Shown: in pieces, positions 37,051 to 47,168 of the stretch
Numbering within the stretch: position 1 is the stretch's first letter
Layout: every line of letters begins with the position of its first letter
Source: a virus
Virus record (IMG/VR): IMGVR_UViG_3300020477_001012
Location: 64,001-128,000 of that record
DNA length: 64,000 nucleotides
Direction: 5' to 3' (one strand)
Made by a program: the position numbers and the translations under genes
The notes under the pieces: model-generated
Databases searched by the model: none
Told to the model about the DNA's origin: nothing
The model's input: only the letters and a program-made list of their open reading frames with translations

Positions 37051-37781
37051 AATTCCTGATTCAATTCCCAACACTAAAAAGGCCAGACAAGTTTCTGGGT
37101 GTTTTAAACAAATACGTAAACAAGGCTAGCGGGCATTGGTACGATAACAAACGTAGCCCTATAGCGCTGTTCTTTAATATCAACTGCGACTTTGACGACG
37201 CAAGCATGAACAATACTTTTATGAAGAATAGGATAAAGCAGGTTTTCTTAAACAATGTCCACGCTGATTACCGAATACACTACGACAAAAATACTGACAA
37301 GATTAGCGCCATCAACGCTCATATAGATAGCGTGGATTTTGATGTTGTGATCTGCGCGTCAGACGACATGGTGCCGCAGGTGAACAATTGGGATTTTGAG
37401 ATCGCTGACGCTATGCAAGAATTTTTTCCAGACCTCGATGGTTGTGTTCATTTTAACGACGGCCACACTAACGGCAAATTAATCACCTTCTCGATTTTAG
37501 GCAGTAAACTTTACAATCGCTTTGGATATATTTATCATCCAGACTATAAGAGTTTGTACTGTGACAACGAATTCACGCAGGAAGTGACTAGGATGGATAA
37601 GGTGCAGTATGTAGACAAGGTCATTGTCAAACATGAGCATTATGGCGAAGAGGGTAACGAAAACTCTGGGGACTTTGACTTTGCCGCCCAAAAAACCTTG
37701 CACTACTCAGGTAGAGATGGGCAGGTGTTTCAGTTACGTCAGGGCAGAGGATTCCCAAAGGAAAGAATTACATTAGACTAA
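37047..37781 (+). CDS. GT2-like glycosyltransferase
   Basis: ATGA start at 37047; FPT..RP, KISAIN, ASDDM, YCDNE, HEH. Confidence 0.75.
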   Translation: MKFLIQFPTLKRPDKFLGVLNKYVNKASGHWYDNKRSPIALFFNINCDFDDASMNNTFMKNRIKQVFLNNVHADYRIHYDKNTDKISAINAHIDSVDFDVVICASDDMVPQVNNWDFEIADAMQEFFPDLDGCVHFNDGHTNGKLITFSILGSKLYNRFGYIYHPDYKSLYCDNEFTQEVTRMDKVQYVDKVIVKHEHYGEEGNENSGDFDFAAQKTLHYSGRDGQVFQLRQGRGFPKERITLD

Positions 37782-37793
37782 AGGGCTAATCAA

Positions 37794-38447
37794 ATGGAAA
37801 TACTTGGTCAATTGCCGCAAATATTAGATCAGCTAAAGCAGCGCGGTAGATTTTTAAACGTGCGCGGATGCATACATATCGGTGCCCACGAGGGGCAGGA
37901 ATACCCCCTATACAAACATTTCAACATTCGCAACCTTCTATTCTATGAGGCCCTGCCAGATAATTTTCAAAAACTCAAGAGTAACGTTTCTGGAGACATG
38001 TCAATAGACATTAGAAATATTGCGTTAGGTAATACTTCCGGCACCGTAGAGATGTACCTTGAGGATCGCGGCCTATCTTCATCTGTCTTGCCGCCCAAGC
38101 ATCACCTAGAGCAATACCCACAGATTGCCTTTGAGGAAAAGGCGACCGTAAATATCACACGTCTTGACGACGAAGAGTTTGACAGGCTGAAATACAATTT
38201 CATCAATATTGATGTCCAAGGTTATGAAATGGAAGTTTTTAAGGGGGCCACAGACACCTTAAAGCACATAGACCTTATTATTACCGAAATCAACAAAGAA
38301 GAAATGTACGAAGGCTGTGCCCTAGTAGAAGATATGGATGCATTTTTATCTACACATGGGTTTTCCCGCATAGCTACTTACTGGCAGCAAGACGGAGGGA
38401 CTTGGGGAGACGGGCTATATCTAAAGGCTAGCAAGGAGCTACAGTGA
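37794..38447 (+). CDS. FkbM-family methyltransferase
   Basis: IHIGAHEG, YEALP, SSSVL, NIDVQGYEMEVFKGA, WGDGLY. Confidence 0.9.
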   Translation: MEILGQLPQILDQLKQRGRFLNVRGCIHIGAHEGQEYPLYKHFNIRNLLFYEALPDNFQKLKSNVSGDMSIDIRNIALGNTSGTVEMYLEDRGLSSSVLPPKHHLEQYPQIAFEEKATVNITRLDDEEFDRLKYNFINIDVQGYEMEVFKGATDTLKHIDLIITEINKEEMYEGCALVEDMDAFLSTHGFSRIATYWQQDGGTWGDGLYLKASKELQ

Positions 38448-39313
38448 CCCATATATGCTGCGTTTCAGATTACAGCTTCTTGCCAAGAGGACTTGCTTTG
38501 TATGAGTCCCTGTCTAAGTATAATCCAGACTTTTATTTGCACTACCTATGCATAGATAAGCAAACACATGAGCGTCTGCAAGGCGAGAATGACAGGATTG
38601 TGCCTTATGATCTAAACGACTTTTTATCAAGAGACGAGGCGCTACTCAGCTTAAAGGAAAGCGACTACAGATATTTTTGCTGGACGCTCGCATCTTACTT
38701 TACAGATTTCTTGGTTGGGAACCTACAAGAAGATGTTACGTATATAGACAGCGATATTTATTTTTACAGCAGCATACACAGCGTGATTGCAGAGATCGGA
38801 CAAAAAGACATAGGGCTATTTCGGCATAGGCAAAACCCACTAGAGGTGCCAAACGGAAACGGTTGGTTTAATGTTGGAGTTGTTCACTTTAAAAACACCC
38901 ACATCTCTACTGAAGCTTTAGCATGGTGGAAGGACGCAGTTCTACACAAGAAACACCCAGAATTGGCCACATGTGGAGATCAAAGGTATCTAGACGCCTT
39001 TGTGCAATTAGATAAAAAGCACTTGTTTATAGAGGGCGACATAGGACATGGTTCTCCTTGGGAATGGCAGCTTTATAATTTTGATTCATATGATATAGAT
39101 GGATGTATTACGTGGGGTGATAAAAAAGAGAAGCTGGTGTTCAGTCACTTTTCACAGTTTGAATACTCTATAGAAGAGGAAAGCTATACCCCTTCAACTA
39201 CCCATTATTGTTTTACCCCCTTGGATATGTATAGTAGTATTCCACAGCTCAAGTCGATCCACGATGATTACTTTGGGCACATAAAGAAAATCCACAAGGA
39301 GTACAACTTATGA
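38444..39313 (+). CDS. GT-A (GT8-like) glycosyltransferase
   Basis: GLALYESL, FCWTL, YIDSD (DxD), FNVGVV, GDQRYLD, HFS. Confidence 0.8.
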   Translation: MTHICCVSDYSFLPRGLALYESLSKYNPDFYLHYLCIDKQTHERLQGENDRIVPYDLNDFLSRDEALLSLKESDYRYFCWTLASYFTDFLVGNLQEDVTYIDSDIYFYSSIHSVIAEIGQKDIGLFRHRQNPLEVPNGNGWFNVGVVHFKNTHISTEALAWWKDAVLHKKHPELATCGDQRYLDAFVQLDKKHLFIEGDIGHGSPWEWQLYNFDSYDIDGCITWGDKKEKLVFSHFSQFEYSIEEESYTPSTTHYCFTPLDMYSSIPQLKSIHDDYFGHIKKIHKEYNL

Positions 39314-40203
39314 TTTTTACGGTAACGGGTGGCAGAGGGTTTATCGGAAGTCATTTTGTAGATCGGGTGCTCAACGATGGGCATCAGGTAATAGATATAG
39401 ATAAAATGACCTATGCATCAAATTCAGTTTTGCCTTGGGATAATAACCCTAAATATACACATATAAAAGAGGACATATGTGATTTAAAACACATACCGGT
39501 GTGCGATGTGCTCGTAAACTTTGCGGCGGAATCTCATGTAGACAATTCCATAGAGGCTCCCAAGGTGTTCCTGAGATCCAACGTAGAGGGTGTGTTTAAT
39601 ATCCTTAGTCTTCTTAGAGCAAAGGTGTATCAGAAGCCCAAATTTATCCATATAAGCACAGACGAAGTGTATGGCGATGTTAATGAAGGCAAGAAGACAG
39701 AAGACAGTATTCTGAATCCCAGCAACCCATACTCGGCAACCAAGGCTGCTGCGGAGATGCTTATACTCGCCTATGCTCGCACCTTTGATATTGACTACCA
39801 AATAGTTAGGAGCACTAACAATTACGGCCCCCGGCAATACCCAGAGAAGTTAATACCAAGAATTTTACACTGCCTTGATACCGGTCAGAAAATACCACTA
39901 CATGGCGATGGGTCATATGTCAGAGACTGGTTGTTTGTGGAAGATAATGCCAATGCTATATACAAAATTTGCCAAACTGACCGCATGAACGAGATATGGA
40001 ATATATCCACATACAATTACATGAGAAACATAGAGGTTGTAAAAGAAATCTGTCGGTGGCACGGGATAGAAGGTTATCACGATCATATCGAGTTTATAGA
40101 AAACAGAATGGGCCAAGATTACAGGTATTCCATTTGCTCCGAAAAAACTAGGACTCAACTGGATTGGCTTCCAGAAAAAAAGTCACTATTCAAATTCATT
40201 TGA
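39310..40203 (+). CDS. rmlB: dTDP-glucose 4,6-dehydratase
   Basis: TGGRGFIG, DKMTYA, NFAAESHVD, ISTDEVYG, YSATK, NNYGPRQYPEKLIP, RDWLFV. Confidence 0.93.
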   Translation: MIFTVTGGRGFIGSHFVDRVLNDGHQVIDIDKMTYASNSVLPWDNNPKYTHIKEDICDLKHIPVCDVLVNFAAESHVDNSIEAPKVFLRSNVEGVFNILSLLRAKVYQKPKFIHISTDEVYGDVNEGKKTEDSILNPSNPYSATKAAAEMLILAYARTFDIDYQIVRSTNNYGPRQYPEKLIPRILHCLDTGQKIPLHGDGSYVRDWLFVEDNANAIYKICQTDRMNEIWNISTYNYMRNIEVVKEICRWHGIEGYHDHIEFIENRMGQDYRYSICSEKTRTQLDWLPEKKSLFKFI

Positions 40204-40210
40204 GGTTATT

Positions 40211-41104
40211 ATGAAAATTGCATTCGGAATGATAGTGTTCGAGGGGGACTATGTCCTTAAGGAATGTCTAGAACAGGTATATCCATTTGCGGAACAGATC
40301 TTAATAGCAGAGGGACCAGTAGAGTTCTGGCAGCGCCAAGGTAGGACAACTTCCACAGATGAAACCAACAAGATTCTGGATGAATTCCCAGACCCCGAAA
40401 ATAAAATCAGAATTACGCATGGACAATTCTCAGAAAAGGATGACCAGTGCAAGGCTTACATGTCGTTTATTAATGACGATATAGATTACATTTGGAACTT
40501 GGACTCAGACGAGATCTATAAATCAGAAGACCTTAAGAAAATAATTGCCTTCTTAGAGGCCGAAAGGCCCACTAGTGTCGGGGTTAGAAGCTGCTCATTT
40601 TACGGCGGAATAGACCACTACCTCACTGGCTTTGAATTGGCCACTGATAATTTCTTAAGAATATTTAAATATGAAAAAGGGTCTACTTGGCTAACGCACC
40701 GACCCCCCACCATTCAATATCCCCCAGATAGCACAGTAGTCAAGAAGCATGTAGATAGTGACACTCTATACGAGGCCCTCGGCGTTCAAATGTACCACTA
40801 CTCATACGTGTTTCCAGACCAAGTATACAGAAAAGTTTCCTATTACAAAGACAGCGTATCTAAGGAACTGTGTATTGATAACTATTTCAATACTATATAT
40901 CTCCCTTGGGTTGTGGGTAATGATCGCGTGGCGATAGAGGACAAGTACTGGGGCGTTCACGAATTTAAACCTTCCGTCAGGGGGGAATGCAGAACAGAAC
41001 GGTTTACTGGTACTCATCCCCAGAGTATTATCAACAATGTGAAGACCCTCTCGAATAAGTTCCGTTCGCAATTAACTAAATACACAAAGGTGAGTGAACA
41101 ATGA
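40211..41104 (+). CDS. GT2-like glycosyltransferase
   Basis: ILIAEG, STDET, LDSDE, HYSYV. Confidence 0.75.
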   Translation: MKIAFGMIVFEGDYVLKECLEQVYPFAEQILIAEGPVEFWQRQGRTTSTDETNKILDEFPDPENKIRITHGQFSEKDDQCKAYMSFINDDIDYIWNLDSDEIYKSEDLKKIIAFLEAERPTSVGVRSCSFYGGIDHYLTGFELATDNFLRIFKYEKGSTWLTHRPPTIQYPPDSTVVKKHVDSDTLYEALGVQMYHYSYVFPDQVYRKVSYYKDSVSKELCIDNYFNTIYLPWVVGNDRVAIEDKYWGVHEFKPSVRGECRTERFTGTHPQSIINNVKTLSNKFRSQLTKYTKVSEQ

Positions 41105-42228
41105 ACACAAGTATCAAAATTAATATAGTCAGGCCGTTTTTGCCTGCGATAGACGAGATATTTCATGATCTTAAAGAGTGCCTAGATAGTGGTATGGTCA
41201 CCAATAACTCGAAACACGTCGTTAATCTGGAACAGCGGTTACAAGAGTATTTTGACTCCAAACTAAAGCCTTTATGTTTTTGCAATGGTGAAATGGCTTT
41301 ATTCAATCTGATACAAGCGCATAAATTAAAGATGGGCTACGGACCACATGATAGCTTTAATGTTCTGGTGCCTTCTCTGACTTTCTCTGGCACACTTAAT
41401 GCCATATTAATGAACAATCTCAAGCCAGTCTTTTGTGACGTTGATGATACGCTAACCATCGACCTAAGTAAAGCTGAGTTCGATGACGTGAAAATGATCG
41501 TCTTGGTTGGTGCTTATGGTAATTTACCCGACGTAGACCTTTTGTCTAGCATGGTAAACGAGCATGAGCTAGACGTAATATTTGATAATGCTCCAGCATT
41601 TGGTTCAACCTATAAGGGTAAATTTGTTTCTAATTATGGATATAGCGAAATTTTCAGTTTCCATGCATCCAAAATAATGAACAGTATGGAAGGCGGAACC
41701 GCCATAACTAGTGATGAAGACGTATGGAGCACATTATACAAACTGCGAGATTTTGGTCAATACGAAAAAGTTAGAGGAAATGTTGATGTCGCTGGCCTAA
41801 ACTCAAAGATGCAAGAGGTATCAGCTCTGGTCGGTTTAAAGAACTTAGAAAAAATAGACCTAATCGTAGATAAGCGTACCCAAAACGTACAAAGATACAG
41901 CGATTTCTTTGAAAACTTTGGAGACGAGATTGACACTATGTCAATTAGAGATGATGTTTTTTGCACATACTTATATTACCCCATCATCCTAAAGGAAGAG
42001 GCTACCGAGTTTGTTGACTATATGCAGAGTAATGGGGTGGTTGCCCGCAGATATTATACGGCAGTACATTTATTGGATTTGTATAGAGACAAATACAAAA
42101 CCCAAGATTTGAGTTTTACAAACAGCGTCAAAGATAGGCTGGTCGCCCTACCAATCCACACGATCATGAATGATGACGAGATAAATCACTTATTTGAGAC
42201 CGTGAGTAACTTTTTTAAGAGAAGCTAG
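41101..42228 (+). CDS. DegT/DnrJ/EryC1/StrS sugar aminotransferase
   Basis: PSLTF, PVFCDVD, FDNAPAFG, SFHASK (PLP Lys), EGG, GLNSKM, LPIH. Confidence 0.92.
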   Translation: MNTSIKINIVRPFLPAIDEIFHDLKECLDSGMVTNNSKHVVNLEQRLQEYFDSKLKPLCFCNGEMALFNLIQAHKLKMGYGPHDSFNVLVPSLTFSGTLNAILMNNLKPVFCDVDDTLTIDLSKAEFDDVKMIVLVGAYGNLPDVDLLSSMVNEHELDVIFDNAPAFGSTYKGKFVSNYGYSEIFSFHASKIMNSMEGGTAITSDEDVWSTLYKLRDFGQYEKVRGNVDVAGLNSKMQEVSALVGLKNLEKIDLIVDKRTQNVQRYSDFFENFGDEIDTMSIRDDVFCTYLYYPIILKEEATEFVDYMQSNGVVARRYYTAVHLLDLYRDKYKTQDLSFTNSVKDRLVALPIHTIMNDDEINHLFETVSNFFKRS

Positions 42229-42243
42229 AGAGGAACATAGATA

Positions 42244-43263
42244 ATGAAAACAGCATTAGTTACTGGTGCAGGCGGATACATAGGCTGCATAATGTGTGAA
42301 GAATTACTTAAACAAAATTATCACGTAATCTCCCTAGATAGATTCTTCTTCGGTCTCGACAAAATCGATCATATTAAGTCTGAAAATTTAACTGTGGTTC
42401 AGGACGATATCAGATACATTGATGAGAAACTGCTAGTAGATGTGGATGTCGTGATTGATCTAGCGGGGTTAAGTAATGACGCAACTGCTGAAATAGACCC
42501 AGTTTTTACTAAAGAAATTAATTGTGACGGCGCGATTAGATTGGCCAAGTTAGCAAAGAAACATAAAGTTAAGCAATATATCTACTCTAGTTCCGCTAGT
42601 GTCTATGGAGCTGGCGGTAAAAAAGCCTTAAAAGAAACTGATCCCTTAAATCCGTTGACCGATTACGCTAAGAGCAAGGTTGCGGTCGAAGATGCGTTAA
42701 AAGAACTACAAGATGACGAATTTAACATCACGTTGCTGCGTAACTCAACGGTATACGGCCTGTCGCAGAGGATGAGGTTTGACTTAGCTGTGAACATTAT
42801 GACATACAAAGCGTGGAAAGAAGGAATCATCTATATCATGGGAGATGGGGAGCAATGGAGACCCTTTGTGCATGTTCGGGACGTTGTCAAAGCCTTCTTG
42901 CTGTCCATTGACAATAAGCAAGCTTACGGGGAAACTTTTAATGTGGGTAGCAATGAGCAGAACTACACCGTAAAAGATTTGGCAGCGAGTATATCTAGAT
43001 ACACCAAAGGCACCCAAATAACTTATATCCCCAATGACCCAGACCATAGAACATATAATGTTAATTTTGATAAGATCAGCACCGCTTTAGGGTTCAGGCC
43101 CAGCTTTACCATCAAGGACGGTGTTTTAGAGATAGAGCAAGCATTAATTGATGGAACCCTAACTGACAATGATCCGACGTACCACACTTTAAAATGGTAT
43201 AAAACATTAATAAAGTATAATGAAATCATTGAGGGTGTCAAGAAATACGACAAGATACTATAG
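42244..43263 (+). CDS. NAD-dependent epimerase/dehydratase
   Basis: TGAGGYIG, LAGLSND, SSASVYG, YAKSK, RMRFDL, QWRPFVHV. Confidence 0.9.
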   Translation: MKTALVTGAGGYIGCIMCEELLKQNYHVISLDRFFFGLDKIDHIKSENLTVVQDDIRYIDEKLLVDVDVVIDLAGLSNDATAEIDPVFTKEINCDGAIRLAKLAKKHKVKQYIYSSSASVYGAGGKKALKETDPLNPLTDYAKSKVAVEDALKELQDDEFNITLLRNSTVYGLSQRMRFDLAVNIMTYKAWKEGIIYIMGDGEQWRPFVHVRDVVKAFLLSIDNKQAYGETFNVGSNEQNYTVKDLAASISRYTKGTQITYIPNDPDHRTYNVNFDKISTALGFRPSFTIKDGVLEIEQALIDGTLTDNDPTYHTLKWYKTLIKYNEIIEGVKKYDKIL

Positions 43264-43272
43264 GAACCTAAC

Positions 43273-44424
43273 GTGAAACATAAACTATTAGTACTCCCCT
43301 GCGCTACACAAATGGGGGTAGAGCAATATCATAGCTTAAAATATAACAAAATTGTTGAATTGGTGGGAGCGGCCCACAACGACAACGATGAATTGTTTTT
43401 GGACTACACAAAGTTGAACCACTCAGTGGAGAAACCTGAATTTATAGAAGAAGTCAAGCGCATAGTTAAACTACGCGACATAGATATGATCCTTACGTCC
43501 CACGACGACATGCTTTACACCTTAAAGAACATCCCAGAGCTGGAATCCCTCATTCCGGGCAGCCCTAAAGAAGCAATAAATATTTGTCGGTTTAAAAGTA
43601 AATCCTATGAAAAACTAAAAAGTCATCCCAATTTACGGGACAGGGTTCCCGAGTATAGCCTGCTAGCCCCGGGATTTTTAAAACCCGATAGGGGGCAAGG
43701 GTCCAGAGGTAGCTTACAAATCAGTCAAGATTATGTATATTGTGAACACCTACCCGGAAGAGAATACACCATAGACTGTTTCACTAATAGCCTAAATGAA
43801 GTAATACACGTTAACCCTAGATTAAGGAAAACTATTGTCAACGGAATCAGTGAGACCACATCTTTGGTGTCGCTACCTGACATTAATAAGATAGCCACTT
43901 GGATCAACGAGGTTATCCATTTTAAAGGGGCGTGGTTCTTTCAGATGAAGGAGGATGAAAGGGGCAACCTAAAGTTTCTAGAAATAGCCCCTAGAATAGG
44001 AGGGGGATCAAACATAAACAGATTAAATGGCATCAATCTCACCTTATCAGACATATACCAATATTTAGGACATGATACAGAGTTTTACTGCCAACATTTA
44101 GTAAAAGAAGTAAAAAGAAAGCAGCCCAGATACAACTTGAATTATGATACTATCTTCGTTGATTATGATGATACTTTTGAATACATTAAACATATCTTAC
44201 CCAGACTGAATAAAGAGGTGATAATAATCACAAGAAGCGAGACCCCAGTACATACCCCACACCAAACTGTTTACGTAAAGAGTCATGAACGCAAAAGTAG
44301 TGTTATAAACAAGATGGGCAAACCCAGACCGGTATTTATTGACGATTCTTTTAAGGAAAGGAAGGATGTGTTTCTAAATTGTGAGATACCTTGCCTAACC
44401 CCAGAAGAAGTCGACTACTTATAA
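43273..44424 (+). CDS. ATP-grasp protein fused to a HAD-like domain
   Basis: FLKPDRGQGSRG, EHLPGREYTID, FLEIAPRIGG; C-terminal FVDYDDT...ITR...KS...FIDDS. Confidence 0.8.
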   Translation: MKHKLLVLPCATQMGVEQYHSLKYNKIVELVGAAHNDNDELFLDYTKLNHSVEKPEFIEEVKRIVKLRDIDMILTSHDDMLYTLKNIPELESLIPGSPKEAINICRFKSKSYEKLKSHPNLRDRVPEYSLLAPGFLKPDRGQGSRGSLQISQDYVYCEHLPGREYTIDCFTNSLNEVIHVNPRLRKTIVNGISETTSLVSLPDINKIATWINEVIHFKGAWFFQMKEDERGNLKFLEIAPRIGGGSNINRLNGINLTLSDIYQYLGHDTEFYCQHLVKEVKRKQPRYNLNYDTIFVDYDDTFEYIKHILPRLNKEVIIITRSETPVHTPHQTVYVKSHERKSSVINKMGKPRPVFIDDSFKERKDVFLNCEIPCLTPEEVDYL

Positions 44425-44438
44425 GGAAACGCAAAGTA

Positions 44439-45260
44439 ATGCTGAGCTTAGAACAAGGTAATCAGTTAATAAAAGATGCAATAGTATCTAAAAAGCCTTT
44501 CTCCGTGGCCAGATTAGGTATGCATGAGATGGATTTATTTTATAGAGTCGTCAATGATCATGGTATAACAAAGGGCGACATCATGCAGCTTAATAGCTTT
44601 GGTGGAGTATACGGTGATTGCCTGAGCGAGTTTATAGAGATATACTTACACTCAACCACAACCGCTGACATACATTGTTACTGGGCTGATTGCGGGTTAG
44701 AGTTGAAACAAGAAAACTTCTTTTCAAAAGTTTCACCTAATTCACCCAAAGTTCCCCATAGGACAGTTGAACCTTTTCATATTAAAAATCCATGGTCTCA
44801 ACTATTAAAAGGCAAAAAAGTGCTGGTGATTAACTCATTTCCAGAAACCATTAAACACCAATATCCCAAGAGAGACCAAATATGGGGAGACAAACAGGTC
44901 TTGCCAGAATTTGATTTGATCACATATAAATCAGTCCAGTCCATAGGTGATTTAAAACCTCATGGTTCGTGGGTCGAATCATTAAATGTGATGAAAAAAG
45001 ATATAAGCGGCATTGACTTTGATATTGCATTATTGGGTTGTAGTACTTACGGTCTGCCATTGGTAGATTTTATAAAGAATCATCTTAACAAAACGGCAAT
45101 CTATATTGGCGGTGGTATTCAAATCCTATTCGGCATTAAAGGCAAGCGGTGGGACACCCACGATGAAATCAGCTTGTTCTTTAATGAGCACTGGGTGAGA
45201 CCTTTTGAGAATGAAAGAGTACGCAATTATAAGATTTTAGAAGGTGGATGTTATTGGTAA
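44439..45260 (+). CDS. Glycan-cluster protein, GT-D/DUF1792-like
   Basis: FSVARLG..E, PWS..LKGKKVLVI, FDIALLGC..YGLP, AIYIGG..QILFGIKG.RW. Confidence 0.65.
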   Translation: MLSLEQGNQLIKDAIVSKKPFSVARLGMHEMDLFYRVVNDHGITKGDIMQLNSFGGVYGDCLSEFIEIYLHSTTTADIHCYWADCGLELKQENFFSKVSPNSPKVPHRTVEPFHIKNPWSQLLKGKKVLVINSFPETIKHQYPKRDQIWGDKQVLPEFDLITYKSVQSIGDLKPHGSWVESLNVMKKDISGIDFDIALLGCSTYGLPLVDFIKNHLNKTAIYIGGGIQILFGIKGKRWDTHDEISLFFNEHWVRPFENERVRNYKILEGGCYW

Positions 45261-45290
45261 CTACATGGTTTTTTATTTGAAGGGAATAGA

Positions 45291-45860
45291 ATGAACGATA
45301 CGGTAGAGAGAATACAATCTTTTTGGTCTCCAGACATAGGACATTTAAGTGAGACCCAACGAGACTTTGTGATACACGAACTTGAACAAATCAACCCATC
45401 CTCTGTGTTGGAAATAGGCTTTGCTGGAGGCCGACACACAGTAACGGTTTTAAGCTGCTGTAATCCAACCAAAATGATTTCTATTGATATAGATTTTGAT
45501 TATCAAAATGGAAGGAGCAAGGTAGACTTAATTAATGAACAGTTCGATAATATCGAATTCCTAGAAGAGAATTCTAGCACAGCCTTGACCGAAGAATTTT
45601 TTGAATCAAACTTTCCGAATGGGTTAGACTATATACTTGTAGATGGCTGCCACTCTTATGAAGGGGCAATTGCCGATATGGAAAAATGCTATCCCCACCT
45701 AAATTCTGGCGGATTGATGGTAGTGGATGATTATCAGAGCAAGGTGTGTCCTTTGCCCCCGGTAGACAGGGCGGTAGAAGATTTTGCGAAAGTTTCAGAC
45801 TTAGAGTTTGAAACAGTTAGTTTATCTGATGGTAAAGGAATGGCGTTGTTTAGGAAATAG
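45291..45860 (+). CDS. Class I SAM methyltransferase (Methyltransf_24-like)
   Basis: VLEIGF, SIDI, ILVDGCHSYE, GGLMVVDD. Confidence 0.88.
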   Translation: MNDTVERIQSFWSPDIGHLSETQRDFVIHELEQINPSSVLEIGFAGGRHTVTVLSCCNPTKMISIDIDFDYQNGRSKVDLINEQFDNIEFLEENSSTALTEEFFESNFPNGLDYILVDGCHSYEGAIADMEKCYPHLNSGGLMVVDDYQSKVCPLPPVDRAVEDFAKVSDLEFETVSLSDGKGMALFRK

Positions 45861-45861
45861 C

Positions 45862-46803
45862 ATGATCAGTTTATTTAATATACCCAACTACACTATTGAT
45901 ACTTCAAGATTCTCCAACCTACTTCATGATGGGGTGGTGGGCGAGTTAGAGGAAAACTTTGCCCAATATGTTGGGGCCAAATATGCATGCACTGCCAACA
46001 GTGCATCCAGCCTTTTGTTCTTATCGCTACTCAAATACAAAGAGATTATAGATATACCTAGCACTATGCCCATAGTTGTGCCAAACGCTATAGTAACGTC
46101 TGGGAATAAAGTTAGATTTTATAACGATACGGATTGGGTTGGGCACTGCTACCATCTTCACGACAATATTTTTGATTCAGCACAAGAGGTCAGGAGAAAC
46201 CAATATCAAGATCTAAAGAACGACGACGCCGTGGTGATATTTAGTTTCTATCCAACCAAGCCAGTTAGCGGGTGCGACGGGGGAATTGTGGTATCTAACA
46301 ACAAAGACTTAATAGAATATTATAAAACCATGACAATGAATGGTACCAGCTTCGCAATGGACAATTGGGACCGGAAACACACGGTCGCGGGATACAAGAT
46401 GCATTGCAACTCTATACAGGCATTTGTCGCTAACGAGAACCTAAAAAAAATAGACCAGAAAAATGACATTTTAGATGAAATAAGCTGTGCCTATAATAGG
46501 ACTTTAGGCTATAATAATAAAAGTAGGCATCTGTATAGAATCAGAGTCAGAAACAATAAAGAGTTCATACAGTACATGAAAAGTAACGGAATTCAGTGTG
46601 GGGTGCATTACGCGCATTGTCACGGTAAACCAGCATTTGTAGAGGCCGAGGTGCGTCAACCTAGCGAAAGCATGCTGAAATCCGAAAAGGAGTCGCATTC
46701 AACGGTTAGTTTGCCATTCCATGAAAACCTTACAAAATTAGAAATCGAAAGGGTTACAAAATATGCGTTGGACTCAGGACTACTTGACAGAGGTTCACAG
46801 TAG
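45862..46803 (+). CDS. DegT-family sugar aminotransferase (compact)
   Basis: EENFAQYVGAKY, FDSAQ, SFYPTK, DGG, GYK, GVHY, SLPFH. Confidence 0.88.
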   Translation: MISLFNIPNYTIDTSRFSNLLHDGVVGELEENFAQYVGAKYACTANSASSLLFLSLLKYKEIIDIPSTMPIVVPNAIVTSGNKVRFYNDTDWVGHCYHLHDNIFDSAQEVRRNQYQDLKNDDAVVIFSFYPTKPVSGCDGGIVVSNNKDLIEYYKTMTMNGTSFAMDNWDRKHTVAGYKMHCNSIQAFVANENLKKIDQKNDILDEISCAYNRTLGYNNKSRHLYRIRVRNNKEFIQYMKSNGIQCGVHYAHCHGKPAFVEAEVRQPSESMLKSEKESHSTVSLPFHENLTKLEIERVTKYALDSGLLDRGSQ

Positions 46804-47155
46804 CGAACGTGGATCGCTAACTGTCATGGAAAAAAATATACCCTTTATTCCTAAGAGGATATTCTATGTCAAAGATGTCCCCAAGGGGTCTCGCAGGGGA
46901 GAGCATGCCCACTACAAAAACAGGCAGGTTCTCATATGCATCAAGGGCAGCATATTAGTAGAGCTAGATTATGGAAACAGGGTAGAGCAAGTGACCCTGA
47001 AAGAAAACGATGGCGTCCTTGTCGAGAATATGGTGTGGGACTCACAGGTATATCAAACTGGCGAAGACATATTAATGTCGATATGCTCTACTGAGCATAA
47101 CCCTGAAGACTACATTACAGATTACGGTGTTTTTCTAAAAACTTTAACCCCATAG
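46763..47155 (+). CDS. dTDP-4-keto-6-deoxyglucose 3,4-ketoisomerase (FdtA/QdtA cupin)
   Basis: RGSL, PF.PKRIFY, RGEHAH, Q..ICI.G, W, DYI.DY. Confidence 0.9.
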   Translation: MRWTQDYLTEVHSSERGSLTVMEKNIPFIPKRIFYVKDVPKGSRRGEHAHYKNRQVLICIKGSILVELDYGNRVEQVTLKENDGVLVENMVWDSQVYQTGEDILMSICSTEHNPEDYITDYGVFLKTLTP

Positions 47156-47168
47156 AGGAATCTTTACA

